This document shows positions 38,291 to 47,568 of a DNA stretch of 64,000 bases, one piece after another (the first letter of the stretch is position 1; each line of letters begins with the position of its first letter). The stretch covers positions 70,442-134,441 of the forward strand of contig JAFVYC010000003.1 in assembly GCA_017500855.1 (NCBI GenBank), read 5' to 3'. This DNA comes from Clostridia bacterium. GTDB lineage: Bacteria; Bacillota; Clostridia; Christensenellales; CAG-314. Under the pieces are notes generated by a model. That model had not been told where the DNA came from. It worked only from the letters and a program-made list of their open reading frames with translations, and did no database searches. The translations under genes were made by a program, and so were the position numbers.

Positions 38291-39928
38291 ATGACGCAAA
38301 AATTCAAAAAGGTTTCCTTGGGGAACAAACTTGCCTTTGCCTGTGGCGACATTTTTGGCGGTGGCAGTTTCAACATCATCAACTTTTTGTTCGTGCCATT
38401 TTTGACGTTGGTTGTGGGCATACCCATGATCTACGTAACACCCATTTTGCTGTTTACCAAAATTTGGGATGGCTTGATTGACCCATTCATTGGAATGGTT
38501 ACCGACGGCAAGCGCCCCGGCAAGTTTGGTAAGCGCAGGTACTTCATGCTTGTGGCAGCGCCACTTGTGTGGATTGGGCTTGTGATGCTGTTTTTCCCTT
38601 GGAACATGGTGACAAACAGCGTGTTTTGGAAGTGCGTTTTCGTGGTGCTGATGTACGTTTTGTACGCAACGGCGCAAAGTTTTGTGCTTATTCCCTACTA
38701 CTCGCACGCAAGCGAAATGACGGGGGATTTTTCCGAACGCAACAAGGTCAACGCCGTGCGCCTTGCTTTCAGCATTATGTCGTCGCTTGTTTGCGTGGTT
38801 GTTCCGGGCATGATTGCAAGCCCCTCTATTTCCGCATCCAACAACGACAACGGCATGTGCTACCTTGTGATGGCAGGCATTTTCGGTGGTGTTTTCACCC
38901 TGTCAATTTTGGTGACGGCGCTGTTCAGCAAGGAACAAATCGTTACCCCTGCCGTGCAAAACAAGTTCAGTTTTGCCGAATTTGTTCGCCCACTAAAAGT
39001 AAAAACCTATCGCCAGTACCTTGGCATGCAAATGTGCGCAAGCATGGGCATGGCTGTGATGAGTAGCTACTTCTACACCTACTGCGATTTCTTCATTCGC
39101 AGGGACACAAACTTCCTTGCGCTAAGCACCGGTTCCGGCAGGGCATTTGCCGTTGCAACCATTGCCGCAGCAATGATGTTTGTTGCGCAAATCATCGCAT
39201 TGCCCATCTACTTGCACATCATCAAAAAACGTGGCAAGCGCTTTGCCTACATTTTTGGCGCAACGCTGTGGATTGTTGTTGCGTTGGTGTTGTTCCTTAT
39301 GCCGGCAGAACCAATTGGCTCGGCAGTTGTGGGAAGCAACGGACTTGTTGCCACCACACAGGGCGTTCCCGATTGGGCAATTGTTGTGTTTGGTTTGTCG
39401 CTTGGCATTGGCATTGGTGGAACGGTGTTTGTTCCACACAGCAGTTTTGGCGACGTGTGCGACGTTGGCGAGTTGCAATTTGGCAAGCGCACGGAAGGTG
39501 CGTTCTCCGGCCTCACAAACTTTCTCAACACAACTGCGCAAGCAATTGGCTTGTCTATTCCGTCGGCAATCATTGGCACGGCTGGCTACGTGGAAACCAA
39601 GTACGTTTCCTTGGAGCAGTACCAAGCCTACCTGGATGGCACAAGCGACATTGTTGCCGACCTTGGCTTGGCGCTTGGCGATTTCAAAGCCACCGTGTAC
39701 GAAAACAGCGTGCAACTTGTGCCCATGCTTCAACACGACGGCGCACAGTTGGCAATTCGCATTGCATTCACGTTGCTTCCCATTGCCATCATGGTTGTTG
39801 GCATTGTGGTTGCCAGCAAGTACAAACTGACTGCAACTTTGCAACAACAAATTGTGCAAACCAACGCTTTGGACCACAACAGCGACCTGTACAAACAGCA
39901 ACAACAAGACTTGCTTGGCAAGCTGTAA
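38291..39928 (+). CDS. MFS transporter of the glycoside-pentoside-hexuronide (GPH) symporter type
   Basis: About 12 hydrophobic helices; N-terminus LGNKLAFACGDIFGGGSFNIINFLFVPFLT is typical of GPH/MelB-like carriers. Confidence 0.8.
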   Translation: MTQKFKKVSLGNKLAFACGDIFGGGSFNIINFLFVPFLTLVVGIPMIYVTPILLFTKIWDGLIDPFIGMVTDGKRPGKFGKRRYFMLVAAPLVWIGLVMLFFPWNMVTNSVFWKCVFVVLMYVLYATAQSFVLIPYYSHASEMTGDFSERNKVNAVRLAFSIMSSLVCVVVPGMIASPSISASNNDNGMCYLVMAGIFGGVFTLSILVTALFSKEQIVTPAVQNKFSFAEFVRPLKVKTYRQYLGMQMCASMGMAVMSSYFYTYCDFFIRRDTNFLALSTGSGRAFAVATIAAAMMFVAQIIALPIYLHIIKKRGKRFAYIFGATLWIVVALVLFLMPAEPIGSAVVGSNGLVATTQGVPDWAIVVFGLSLGIGIGGTVFVPHSSFGDVCDVGELQFGKRTEGAFSGLTNFLNTTAQAIGLSIPSAIIGTAGYVETKYVSLEQYQAYLDGTSDIVADLGLALGDFKATVYENSVQLVPMLQHDGAQLAIRIAFTLLPIAIMVVGIVVASKYKLTATLQQQIVQTNALDHNSDLYKQQQQDLLGKL

Positions 39929-39948
39929 ACAAACAAATTTTGCAAAAA

Positions 39949-39980
39949 AACGGTAGTAAATTTCGCTACCGTTTTTGTTT
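39949..39980 (+). terminator. Intrinsic terminator
   Basis: AACGGTAG / CTACCGTT stem followed by a T-run. Confidence 0.7.
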
Positions 39981-40030
39981 TACTTTTGTGCAATCTTTGC
40001 GCAAATTCGGCACAAAGGTATTGACAAATG

Positions 40031-40058
40031 CACACCGTGTAGTATAATGTAGTTGTAG
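40031..40058 (+). promoter_or_regulatory. Sigma-A-type promoter
   Basis: TTGACA, 16-nt spacer, TATAAT. Confidence 0.6.
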
Positions 40059-40128
40059 CAAGCAATTGTTTGCAAATTGTGGCAAAATCGTGCGCTTGCA
40101 ATTTGCAACTTTTGGGGAGGAATAGGCT

Positions 40129-40890
40129 ATGAAAAAGTTTCTTTCAATATTTTTGGTCTTTGCAATGCTTCTCACAGCACTGTGTTTTGCAGGGTGCGAA
40201 TATATCTTTGACAAAATCAGGGAAGACATCAACAAGAACAAGGTGAACGTTTGTTTGGATGGTGTATACTACAAGTTGTATTTGAACGTAAGCAAAGCTT
40301 GCGTCTATTCTTTGGACGACAAAAACGGCGAGCAAACAAAGTTTGTCATTCAACCCTACGTAGAGCACGAAGGTGTGCAGTACACTGTCACAGAGGTGGG
40401 AGAGTACAAATTTCAAGCAGTAGGCAGTCCGTACTTTTTGCTATCCACCCGTATGCAAGAAGTGTTCATTCCCGAAACGGTAGAGGTGATACATTTCGAG
40501 TGCCTTGAACTTTGCGATACGCTTCAAAAAGTAGACGTCCACCCAAACAACCCCAACTACGCAAGCCACGACGGCATTGTGTACACAAAAGACATGAAAA
40601 CTCTACTTTTTGGCCCATTAAACAGGGGTGAATATAAAAAATACTACGTGTTGCCAAGCGGAGTAGATGAAATAACTGTAATTGGCAGTGTTTGGGGCGC
40701 AAAGCACATTTTTGTTCCAAGCAGTGTGAAAAAGGCAACTGGTTTTATAGAACGGGGTAGAGTGGTTTATTTTGAAAAAACAGAGTTGAGCCAAGACGAG
40801 CAAAGATATCTTGATTTTGCGGAAATACACTTGGGCTACACTTTGGAACAATTTCTTCAAGAAATGGCAGAACTGTACGGGGAGGAATAG
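40129..40890 (+). CDS. BspA-type leucine-rich-repeat (LRR_5-like) lipoprotein
   Basis: Lipobox LCFAGC. Repeat pattern FIPETVEVIHFECLELCDTLQKVDVHPNNPNYASHDGIVYTKDMKTLLFGP. Ends ...MAELYGEE. Confidence 0.75.
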   Translation: MKKFLSIFLVFAMLLTALCFAGCEYIFDKIREDINKNKVNVCLDGVYYKLYLNVSKACVYSLDDKNGEQTKFVIQPYVEHEGVQYTVTEVGEYKFQAVGSPYFLLSTRMQEVFIPETVEVIHFECLELCDTLQKVDVHPNNPNYASHDGIVYTKDMKTLLFGPLNRGEYKKYYVLPSGVDEITVIGSVWGAKHIFVPSSVKKATGFIERGRVVYFEKTELSQDEQRYLDFAEIHLGYTLEQFLQEMAELYGEE

Positions 40891-40893
40891 GCT

Positions 40894-41802
40894 ATGAAAA
40901 AGTTTCTTTCAATAGTTTTGGTGGCAACAATAGTGCTGTCTATTCTTACCGTGGGGAATGTTCTTGACATACGTGTGAAAAAGGATAATTTTTATTTCGA
41001 CTTGAACATTGTAACCCAAACAGCCATTCTGAAAGGTGTTGAAGAAAGCAAACCTGTTGTTGAAATTCCCGGGCACGTGTTTCACTGGGGAATTGACTTC
41101 ACGGTGACAACAATCCGCACCGACGAGGTTGGCATTTGGGATTCAAGGGAGTATGCGCAACTGTGCATGGAGAACATTCCATTGCTCAAAATTCCTTCCA
41201 CAGTAGCATTTATCGAAAGGGATTCCGTGCGCAACTGTGTGGAAAATTTTGAAGTGAGTGAGCGCAATTTATTCTTTTCTCACTACGATGGAGTTTTGTA
41301 CAACAAGGACTTGAGCAAGATGCTGTGCTACGGCAGGTTTCGCAGTAGCACAGTTTTGAACATTCCCAAGGAAACACGCCACAACCCAGTAGAAACACTA
41401 CCGGTGAATGGTGGAGATTTGTGCTACGTTACGGAAATCATCGCTCATCCCGAAAGTCAGTATTTTTCAAGTGTAGATGGAGTTTTGTTTTCCAAGGATG
41501 GCTCAGAGTTGGTCAAGTACCCAACAAAGAAACAAGATTTGTACTACATTGTTCCAAGTACAGTACGCAAAATTACCCGTTATGCCATCCCAAAATTTGG
41601 AGAATTCTCCTATGTGTACATTCCTGCAACGGTTGTAGAAATTGATGAAACAATCAATTTTATTAGCCGTACAGTATATTGCGAAGTGCCGGAATTGCCG
41701 AAGGATTGGGCGTTTCATCAATCTGTTTCTACTATAGTATTCTTCGATGTTACAGAACAACGATTTTTAGATGAAATGAAAGAATTATATGGGGAGGAAT
41801 AA
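40894..41802 (+). CDS. BspA-type leucine-rich-repeat surface protein, tandem paralogue
   Basis: Same MKKFLSI N-terminus and ...MKELYGEE C-terminus. LRR_5-like segments include SVDGVLFSKDGSELVKYP. Confidence 0.75.
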   Translation: MKKFLSIVLVATIVLSILTVGNVLDIRVKKDNFYFDLNIVTQTAILKGVEESKPVVEIPGHVFHWGIDFTVTTIRTDEVGIWDSREYAQLCMENIPLLKIPSTVAFIERDSVRNCVENFEVSERNLFFSHYDGVLYNKDLSKMLCYGRFRSSTVLNIPKETRHNPVETLPVNGGDLCYVTEIIAHPESQYFSSVDGVLFSKDGSELVKYPTKKQDLYYIVPSTVRKITRYAIPKFGEFSYVYIPATVVEIDETINFISRTVYCEVPELPKDWAFHQSVSTIVFFDVTEQRFLDEMKELYGEE

Positions 41803-41806
41803 GTTT

Positions 41807-41893
41807 ATGAACAACAAAACAAAGTTTATGGTAGCAATAGTTTTGGCGTGTGTTTTTGCTTTGTCAACTTTGCCAATTGGTGCGATGGAGTAG
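41807..41893 (+). pseudogene. Truncated third member of the array (signal-peptide-only remnant, 28 codons)
   Basis: Preceded by the same GGGGAGGAATA junction. MNNKTKFMVAIVLACVFALSTLPIGAME, then a stop. Confidence 0.4.
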
Positions 41894-42040
41894 ATTACCT
41901 ATATGGAAAGGGTAAAGAAAAAATCTTCGAGTAAAATTACGCTACATCAACTACCTGTTTTGACCAAGCTAGGAGCCTTGCTCTCGGCTACAGCAATAAA
42001 AATGTTTTAGATAATATATTTCAAAACAAAAGAAAACAAA

Positions 42041-42080
42041 AAAAGGCAACGCCAAAATGGTGTTGCCTTTTGTGTTTTTG
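42041..42080. terminator. Bidirectional terminator hairpin
   Basis: A-run, GGCAAC...GTTGCC, T-run, between convergent genes. Confidence 0.65.
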
Positions 42081-42086
42081 GAAAAG

Positions 42087-43316
42087 TTACTTTGTTTGTG
42101 TGCCGTTGATGGGGCTGTTCAAAAATGCTTCAAGGGCACGTTGCATTGTTTCCACGTCCGTTGTGCCAACTGTTTCGCAAGCCGAGTGCATTGCAAGTTG
42201 GGCAAGGCCAATGTCGCAAGTGCGGATGCCAAGGGTGCGTGCTGTGGAAAGGCCAAGGGTGCTTCCGCAACGAAGGTCGCTTCGGTTGTACAAATCTTGG
42301 AAGGCAACGCCGTTGTCGGCAAAAATTTTCTTTGCCAACGCACCGGAAAGGCCGTCGGTGGAGTAGTTGACGTGGTGCTTGACAACAATGCCACAGTTGA
42401 TTTTTGCTTGGAAGTTTGGTTCGGATTTTTCCGGATGGGCAGGGTGCACTGCGTGGCCGTTGTCTACCGACAGGCAAAAGCCGTTTTCGTAGGCACGGGT
42501 GCGGTTTTCTGGGCTTAAACCAAGCGCATTGCAAATGGCGTCGCACACTTGTTGAATGAACAAAGGCGTGCCTTGGCGTGTGCCACTGCCAATTTCTTCG
42601 TTGTCCAAGCAGGCAACAACGGCAATGTTTGTTGGTGCGCTGTTGGCAAGGGCAACCATGCTTGTGTAGGCGCTGGTAAGGTTGTCTAGCCTTGGCGAGC
42701 AAAGGTATTCGTTGTTTGCTCCGGCAAAAAATGCTTGCGTTGCAGGCACAACGTACAAGTCGGCATCCAGCACTTTTCCGCTTGCAAGGGTTTTGTGTAA
42801 GTCGCCCACTTCACCAACCAATGGCCAAGTGTCAACTTGTGGGTTTACGGCAAAACTGTCGTTTGCTGTGGGATTGTGGTGGATTGCCAAACTGGGAATA
42901 ACCACGTTGTAGGAACTTTCAACAAGTTGCTCTTCAATGCCGTTTTCCGTTTCCACAACAACACGCCCTGCAACTTTCAAGGGGCGGTCGAAGTAGGTGT
43001 ACATCAGCCCGCCACCGTATTTTTCGGTGTTGATGCGTTTTGCGCCGGCGCTTTGCACAACGCAGTTGCCCTTCACTTTGAAAGATGGGCTGTCGCTGTG
43101 GCTTTCGCAAATGTTGAAGATGCCTTGTTTGCCAACAACAAACGCCACCACGGAACTACCGTTTTTGCAAACGTAGTGCTTGCTTCCAACGGAAAGATTC
43201 CATTTTTCCCCAAGGGTAAGTGGCGAAAAGCCGTGTTGTTGCAACAACTTGCAAACGTTGTGCGTGGTGTGGTAGGCAGTGTAGCTTTGGTTGAGAAACG
43301 TGCGAAGTCCGTTCAT
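42087..43316 (-). CDS. M18 family aminopeptidase
   Basis: N-terminus FLNQSYTAYHTTHNVCKLLQQHGFSPL...KHYVCKNGSSVVAFVVG and metal-binding regions typical of M18 peptidases. GGAGAG RBS. Confidence 0.9.
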   Translation of the reverse strand: MNGLRTFLNQSYTAYHTTHNVCKLLQQHGFSPLTLGEKWNLSVGSKHYVCKNGSSVVAFVVGKQGIFNICESHSDSPSFKVKGNCVVQSAGAKRINTEKYGGGLMYTYFDRPLKVAGRVVVETENGIEEQLVESSYNVVIPSLAIHHNPTANDSFAVNPQVDTWPLVGEVGDLHKTLASGKVLDADLYVVPATQAFFAGANNEYLCSPRLDNLTSAYTSMVALANSAPTNIAVVACLDNEEIGSGTRQGTPLFIQQVCDAICNALGLSPENRTRAYENGFCLSVDNGHAVHPAHPEKSEPNFQAKINCGIVVKHHVNYSTDGLSGALAKKIFADNGVAFQDLYNRSDLRCGSTLGLSTARTLGIRTCDIGLAQLAMHSACETVGTTDVETMQRALEAFLNSPINGTQTK

Positions 43317-43466
43317 GGTGCTCTCCTTGCAAACCGTTTTTTTTGCAAAACGGAAGATAATAAACAAAGTTTAGCACAAACGGCACTTTCCGTCAACAAT
43401 TGCGCAAAAGTTGTTGGGCAAGAAAGGCAAAAACGCCTTGCAAAACACGTTGCAGGGCGCAAAAAC

Positions 43467-44588
43467 CTATTTTTCTTGTGCCGAGATGGAAAATTCCACG
43501 GCAATTTGTTGCATTGGCAGGCAACACAAGTTGCTGTTGGTGCCAAATTTGCTTCGCAACAGTTCGTGCAAGCCAACAATGTCGAAGTTGTACTGCGTTT
43601 GCATTTGCCAAAAGTCGTTGGCAAGCGCTTGCGCCTCAAGTTGCACTTGGTCTAGCAACTCTTGCGGAATTTGCTTGTTGTTTTTCACAACGAAGGAGTT
43701 GTTTTGCCCAAAGTTGTCCGTTTGCGCAAGTTGCAGTTTCAGCGTGACGGAAAAGTGCGCCACACCGTTTTTGAACGTAACGGACAAGTCCTTTTGGTCG
43801 CTTCGCAACGCCACGTCGTTGCCGTTGTGTTGCACAACGAACATGTTGCCACTAACGTTGTTTTTGAGCAGGGAAAACCCCACCGTTTGGCTTTGGCTAA
43901 GCAAGCACACAAATTGGTGCTTGGCAAACACGGCAACCTTGTTGTACACAAAGTAGACTTGCGGTTTGCTTTGGTTGTTGCTACTTTGGTTGTTGGTGGA
44001 AACTGTTTCCACGTAGTTCAAAAAACCCGTTTGCAGTAGTTCACGTTGACTGCGTGCAAAGCTAAGCAAATTGGTGGTGGGGATGGCAATTTCCTTGGCT
44101 TGGCTTTGCATCATTGCCGAAAGGGACAGCGAAACGCTTCCGGACAGCGCCTCCACGCTTTCAAAAAGTTGCTTTGCCGTGCCTTTGCAACAGCACACGG
44201 TGGCAGTCTCCTTGAAACTGTCCGACTTGACAAAGAATTCCAGCAGTTGCCCCAAGTTTTGTTGTGCAACAAGTTGTTCGCCAAACACCAACAACACGCA
44301 TTGCCCAAGGGATGCTTCCTTGCCTGTAAGTTGCGACGTATTTTGCACGGCTTGGGCAAGAGTTTTGCCCGTTGCCGACACAGTTTTGCTATACGTCCCC
44401 ACCTGTTCCGAGCCATTGCCCGGGCTGATGACTTCGGCTGTGACTTCTATTTGGTCGTCCACAAGGTCAATGCCCAAGCCCACAATTATTGCCCTGTCGT
44501 GGATGTCTTTGCCCTTGAACCCCACGGAAACAAGCACAAGCAAGGTTGCAACAAGCAAAAACACACCAAGCCTTTTCAAACTGTTCAC
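43467..44588 (-). CDS. Ger(x)C family spore germination lipoprotein
   Basis: N-terminal signal, DRAIIVGLGIDL motif, and last position in the gerA-type operon. Confidence 0.85.
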   Translation of the reverse strand: MNSLKRLGVFLLVATLLVLVSVGFKGKDIHDRAIIVGLGIDLVDDQIEVTAEVISPGNGSEQVGTYSKTVSATGKTLAQAVQNTSQLTGKEASLGQCVLLVFGEQLVAQQNLGQLLEFFVKSDSFKETATVCCCKGTAKQLFESVEALSGSVSLSLSAMMQSQAKEIAIPTTNLLSFARSQRELLQTGFLNYVETVSTNNQSSNNQSKPQVYFVYNKVAVFAKHQFVCLLSQSQTVGFSLLKNNVSGNMFVVQHNGNDVALRSDQKDLSVTFKNGVAHFSVTLKLQLAQTDNFGQNNSFVVKNNKQIPQELLDQVQLEAQALANDFWQMQTQYNFDIVGLHELLRSKFGTNSNLCCLPMQQIAVEFSISAQEK

Positions 44589-45685
44589 GGATTAGCCTCC
44601 TTTTTGTTGGCAATTGTTGCAAGCAACGGCATTGCAAACGGCAACACGTACAAAACAATTGCAAAGGGAATTGTGCACCACGTCACGAATTTTGCCACCA
44701 CGTCCTCCGACGAAACAAACAGCGGAACAAGCAACGGCAATGCAATTGCAAGCACCACGGGTAGGCTTGTTTTGGAAAAATGCAATCCCAACACCTCTTG
44801 CACGCACCTGTAGGCGCAAAAGAAAAACACAACAACTTTCACAAGCACACTCATCAGCCAAACGGAAAGCGTCAGCCAATCCCACCGCCCGTTGGAGGAA
44901 TCTGCAACGGAAAACAGGCTGATTTTGCTGATGGCAATTGCCGAGTTTTGCGCAAGACTGCCGAACAGGCACACAAAAATGACGTTGACAGCCACCACAA
45001 GCAATGCGCCCACGGCAAAAGTCGTCAACACGGGTGCAAAAAGTTTGTTGTTTTTGGGCTGGACGTGTTCCATCAAAAAGTACACAACAACGTAGTCGCC
45101 AAACCAAAAACTGCGAGAGAACGCCGACTTCGCAATGTTTTCCACCCCTGCTTCGCCAATGGGTAGCAATTGGGAAATTGGCACTTGCGTTGCCGGGAAC
45201 ACAAGTAGCGTCAACACGGAAAGAAACATCAGCGGAAACAGCAATTGGCTTGTGCGTGCAATGGCGTTGAAGCCAAGGCAAATGGCAACGTAGCACACAA
45301 TGGCAACAAGCGCAACAAAAAGCGTCCAGTCGGTGCTGATGTCGAAGGTTGTTGCAAACATTTTGTAGGAGGAAACGCACAGCGTCAAAATACGACAAAC
45401 AAACAGCGCAAAAAACAACGCCAACACCACAAATTTGCCAACCCGTGTCACGGTTTTTTGCAAAATTGTGCCAAAAGTTAGCCTGTGTTTCAAGTTGATT
45501 TTCACAGCCCACAGGCACAAGCACATGCAAATTGCATCGGCAACAAACAGGCACAGCACAACAATCCAACTGTCGTGCCCAACGTCCTTTGCTAACAGCG
45601 ACGGCACTTGCAACAACTTTTCGCCGGAAAGCACCGTGAACACAAGCGTGGCAAGTTGCGTGCTGTCAATTTGGTTTTTGTTCAT
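44585..45685 (-). CDS. Spore germination protein, GerAB/amino-acid-permease-like subunit
   Basis: 10-TM pattern; N-terminus NQIDSTQLATLVFTVLSGEKLL. Overlaps both neighbouring genes. Confidence 0.85.
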   Translation of the reverse strand: MNKNQIDSTQLATLVFTVLSGEKLLQVPSLLAKDVGHDSWIVVLCLFVADAICMCLCLWAVKINLKHRLTFGTILQKTVTRVGKFVVLALFFALFVCRILTLCVSSYKMFATTFDISTDWTLFVALVAIVCYVAICLGFNAIARTSQLLFPLMFLSVLTLLVFPATQVPISQLLPIGEAGVENIAKSAFSRSFWFGDYVVVYFLMEHVQPKNNKLFAPVLTTFAVGALLVVAVNVIFVCLFGSLAQNSAIAISKISLFSVADSSNGRWDWLTLSVWLMSVLVKVVVFFFCAYRCVQEVLGLHFSKTSLPVVLAIALPLLVPLFVSSEDVVAKFVTWCTIPFAIVLYVLPFAMPLLATIANKKEANP

Positions 45686-47100
45686 CAGCCCCTCCTTGTT
45701 TTGTTTGTGTTGGGAATGCTTCTTGGGCGAGTTTTCATCTTTTCCGTTGCAGTTTTTGCCACCCCGTCCTGCCTGTCTTGGGGAATATCCGGCGTGAACG
45801 GCGCAAGAAACGGCGTTTTATAGTTTTGCAAGGAAGCAAGGTACAACGTGATGACGGTGGTGCAAACAAGCACTCCCACAATGCCCGCAATGCCCCCAAC
45901 AAAGGTGATTGCAAGTCGCAACAGCGAAAGCACAAGCGTGTTGTCCGGCATGGTGAACAGCCCGATGCCCGAAAGGGCGCCAATCATCACGGCAGGCGCA
46001 CCAATCAGCCCGGCTTTGACGGCTGCGTCGCCAAGCACAATTGCCCCCACAAGGGAAAGGGAAATTCCCACAGCCGAGGGCATTCGTAAGTTGGCTTCCC
46101 GCAGGATGTCAAAAATTACCAAAACAAGTAGCATCTCCGTGAAGGGGGAAAAAGGTATTGTGTTGGTTGCGTTCAAGATGGTCACAAGAAATTTGAACGG
46201 AATGATTTGGTAGTTGTACATTTGCAAGCACACGTACAAACTTGGCAACAACACCGACATCAGCACGCTGACAAAGCGAAAAATTCTGTTGATTGTCGTC
46301 ATGCTTGAGTTTTCGTAGTAGTCGCCCGGGCTTTGCAAGTCCTCAATGTACAAGTAGGGCACCGTCAGCACCATTGGCGAGCCGTCCACCACAATGGCAA
46401 CACGCCCCTCCAACATTTTGCCCACGGCAACGTCGGGTTTTTCCGTGCTTCCCACACGGCGAAACAGTAGCGTTTTGTTGCCGTCCAAATATCTTGCCAA
46501 GTAACTGCTGTCCAACAGTCCGTCGATGCAAACGCTTTGAACTTGCAAAATGACTTTGTCTACAACGGATTTGTCGGCAACGTTTTCCAAGTAGCACACG
46601 CTCACAAGCGTGTTGGTAAACTTGCCCACGCACAAGTTGACAACCTTGAAATTTGGCGTTTTCAGCCGTTTTCGTAGCAAAGTTACGTTGTTTTTGGCGT
46701 CCTCCACAAAGCCTTCCCTTGGGCCACGCATCACCATGGACGTTGGTGGTTCTATCACAGCCCTGCCAAGCGCAATGCGAGTGTCCACAGCCACACAACC
46801 GTTGCCCTCTTGGTCGAAAACAAGCGTGTAGCCGTTGGAAAAATCCGACAACACTTCAAAAAAGTTGCACGGCGTTTTCGTGCCAACGGAAAGGGCAAGT
46901 TGTTGCTCAACGTCTTGGAGGGTTTTGGCGTTTTGTTGCATCAGCAACGGGTGCAAAACAAAGTCGCACACCTTTTGGTCGTTGCACATTGTTTCCAGTA
47001 GCACAACGGAAAACTGCTGTCCGCAACAAACGGTGCGAATTTTCACGTCGTCGCAGTTGTTGTAGTGTTGCAAAAGTTGTTGCAAAATACTTTGTGTCAT
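45685..47100 (-). CDS. Spore germination protein, GerA (KA) subunit
   Basis: Family-typical ...VMRGPREGFVE...NVTLLRKRL... and the C-terminal TM bundle. The start is set at ATG 47100, but no clear SD is present, so the start is uncertain. Confidence 0.85.
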   Translation of the reverse strand: MTQSILQQLLQHYNNCDDVKIRTVCCGQQFSVVLLETMCNDQKVCDFVLHPLLMQQNAKTLQDVEQQLALSVGTKTPCNFFEVLSDFSNGYTLVFDQEGNGCVAVDTRIALGRAVIEPPTSMVMRGPREGFVEDAKNNVTLLRKRLKTPNFKVVNLCVGKFTNTLVSVCYLENVADKSVVDKVILQVQSVCIDGLLDSSYLARYLDGNKTLLFRRVGSTEKPDVAVGKMLEGRVAIVVDGSPMVLTVPYLYIEDLQSPGDYYENSSMTTINRIFRFVSVLMSVLLPSLYVCLQMYNYQIIPFKFLVTILNATNTIPFSPFTEMLLVLVIFDILREANLRMPSAVGISLSLVGAIVLGDAAVKAGLIGAPAVMIGALSGIGLFTMPDNTLVLSLLRLAITFVGGIAGIVGVLVCTTVITLYLASLQNYKTPFLAPFTPDIPQDRQDGVAKTATEKMKTRPRSIPNTNKTRRG

Positions 47101-47273
47101 GTTGCTTGTGTTGCCAAAAGTTTGGGCAAAATATACCTTGACTTGCAAATTTTCTTGCTTGCAAAAATGGCAGTTTGCAAGTCGTTTCAATGCAAAATTT
47201 GCCCAAGTGGCAAGCATTTGCAAAAAAAATGCAAAAAAGTTGTCAACAATGCCAATGCACCAAAACAAAATTG

Positions 47274-47302
47274 TTGACATTTTGCCACTTTTGTAGTACG
47301 AT
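47274..47302 (+). promoter_or_regulatory. Sigma-A-type promoter of scfA
   Basis: TTGACA, 17-nt spacer, TACGAT. Confidence 0.55.
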
Positions 47303-47343
47303 AGACACAACAAAAAAATCTACACTCATGGAGGGTTGAAAAA

Positions 47344-47499
47344 ATGAAACACATCGTAACATTGGAAACTCGTAATCTTTGCGACAGCGCTAAAAACGGT
47401 GGTTGTGGCGAATGCCAAACTTCTTGCCAATCTGCTTGCAAAACAAGCTGTGGTATTGCAAACCAAAAATGCGAAAACGCCGATAAAGAAAGCAAATAA
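47344..47499 (+). CDS. scfA: SCIFF (six-cysteines-in-forty-five) ribosomal peptide precursor, 51 aa
   Basis: My own translation: MKHIVTLETRNLCDSAKNGGCGECQTSCQSACKTSCGIANQKCENADKESK. It carries the GGCGECQTSCQSACKTSC signature and a GGAGGG RBS. It is not in the ORF track because it is under 60 aa. Confidence 0.85.
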   Translation: MKHIVTLETRNLCDSAKNGGCGECQTSCQSACKTSCGIANQKCENADKESK

Positions 47500-47511
47500 C
47501 AAACCTGACGG

Positions 47512-47542
47512 AGTTGTCGCAAATGCGACAACTTCTTTTTTT
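47512..47542 (+). terminator. Hairpin + T-run between scfA and scfB (partial terminator / attenuator)
   Basis: AGTTGTCGC-AAAT-GCGACAACT followed by TCTTTTTTT. Confidence 0.6.
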
Positions 47543-47568
47543 GCAGAACATTCACAAAGGAACACAAC

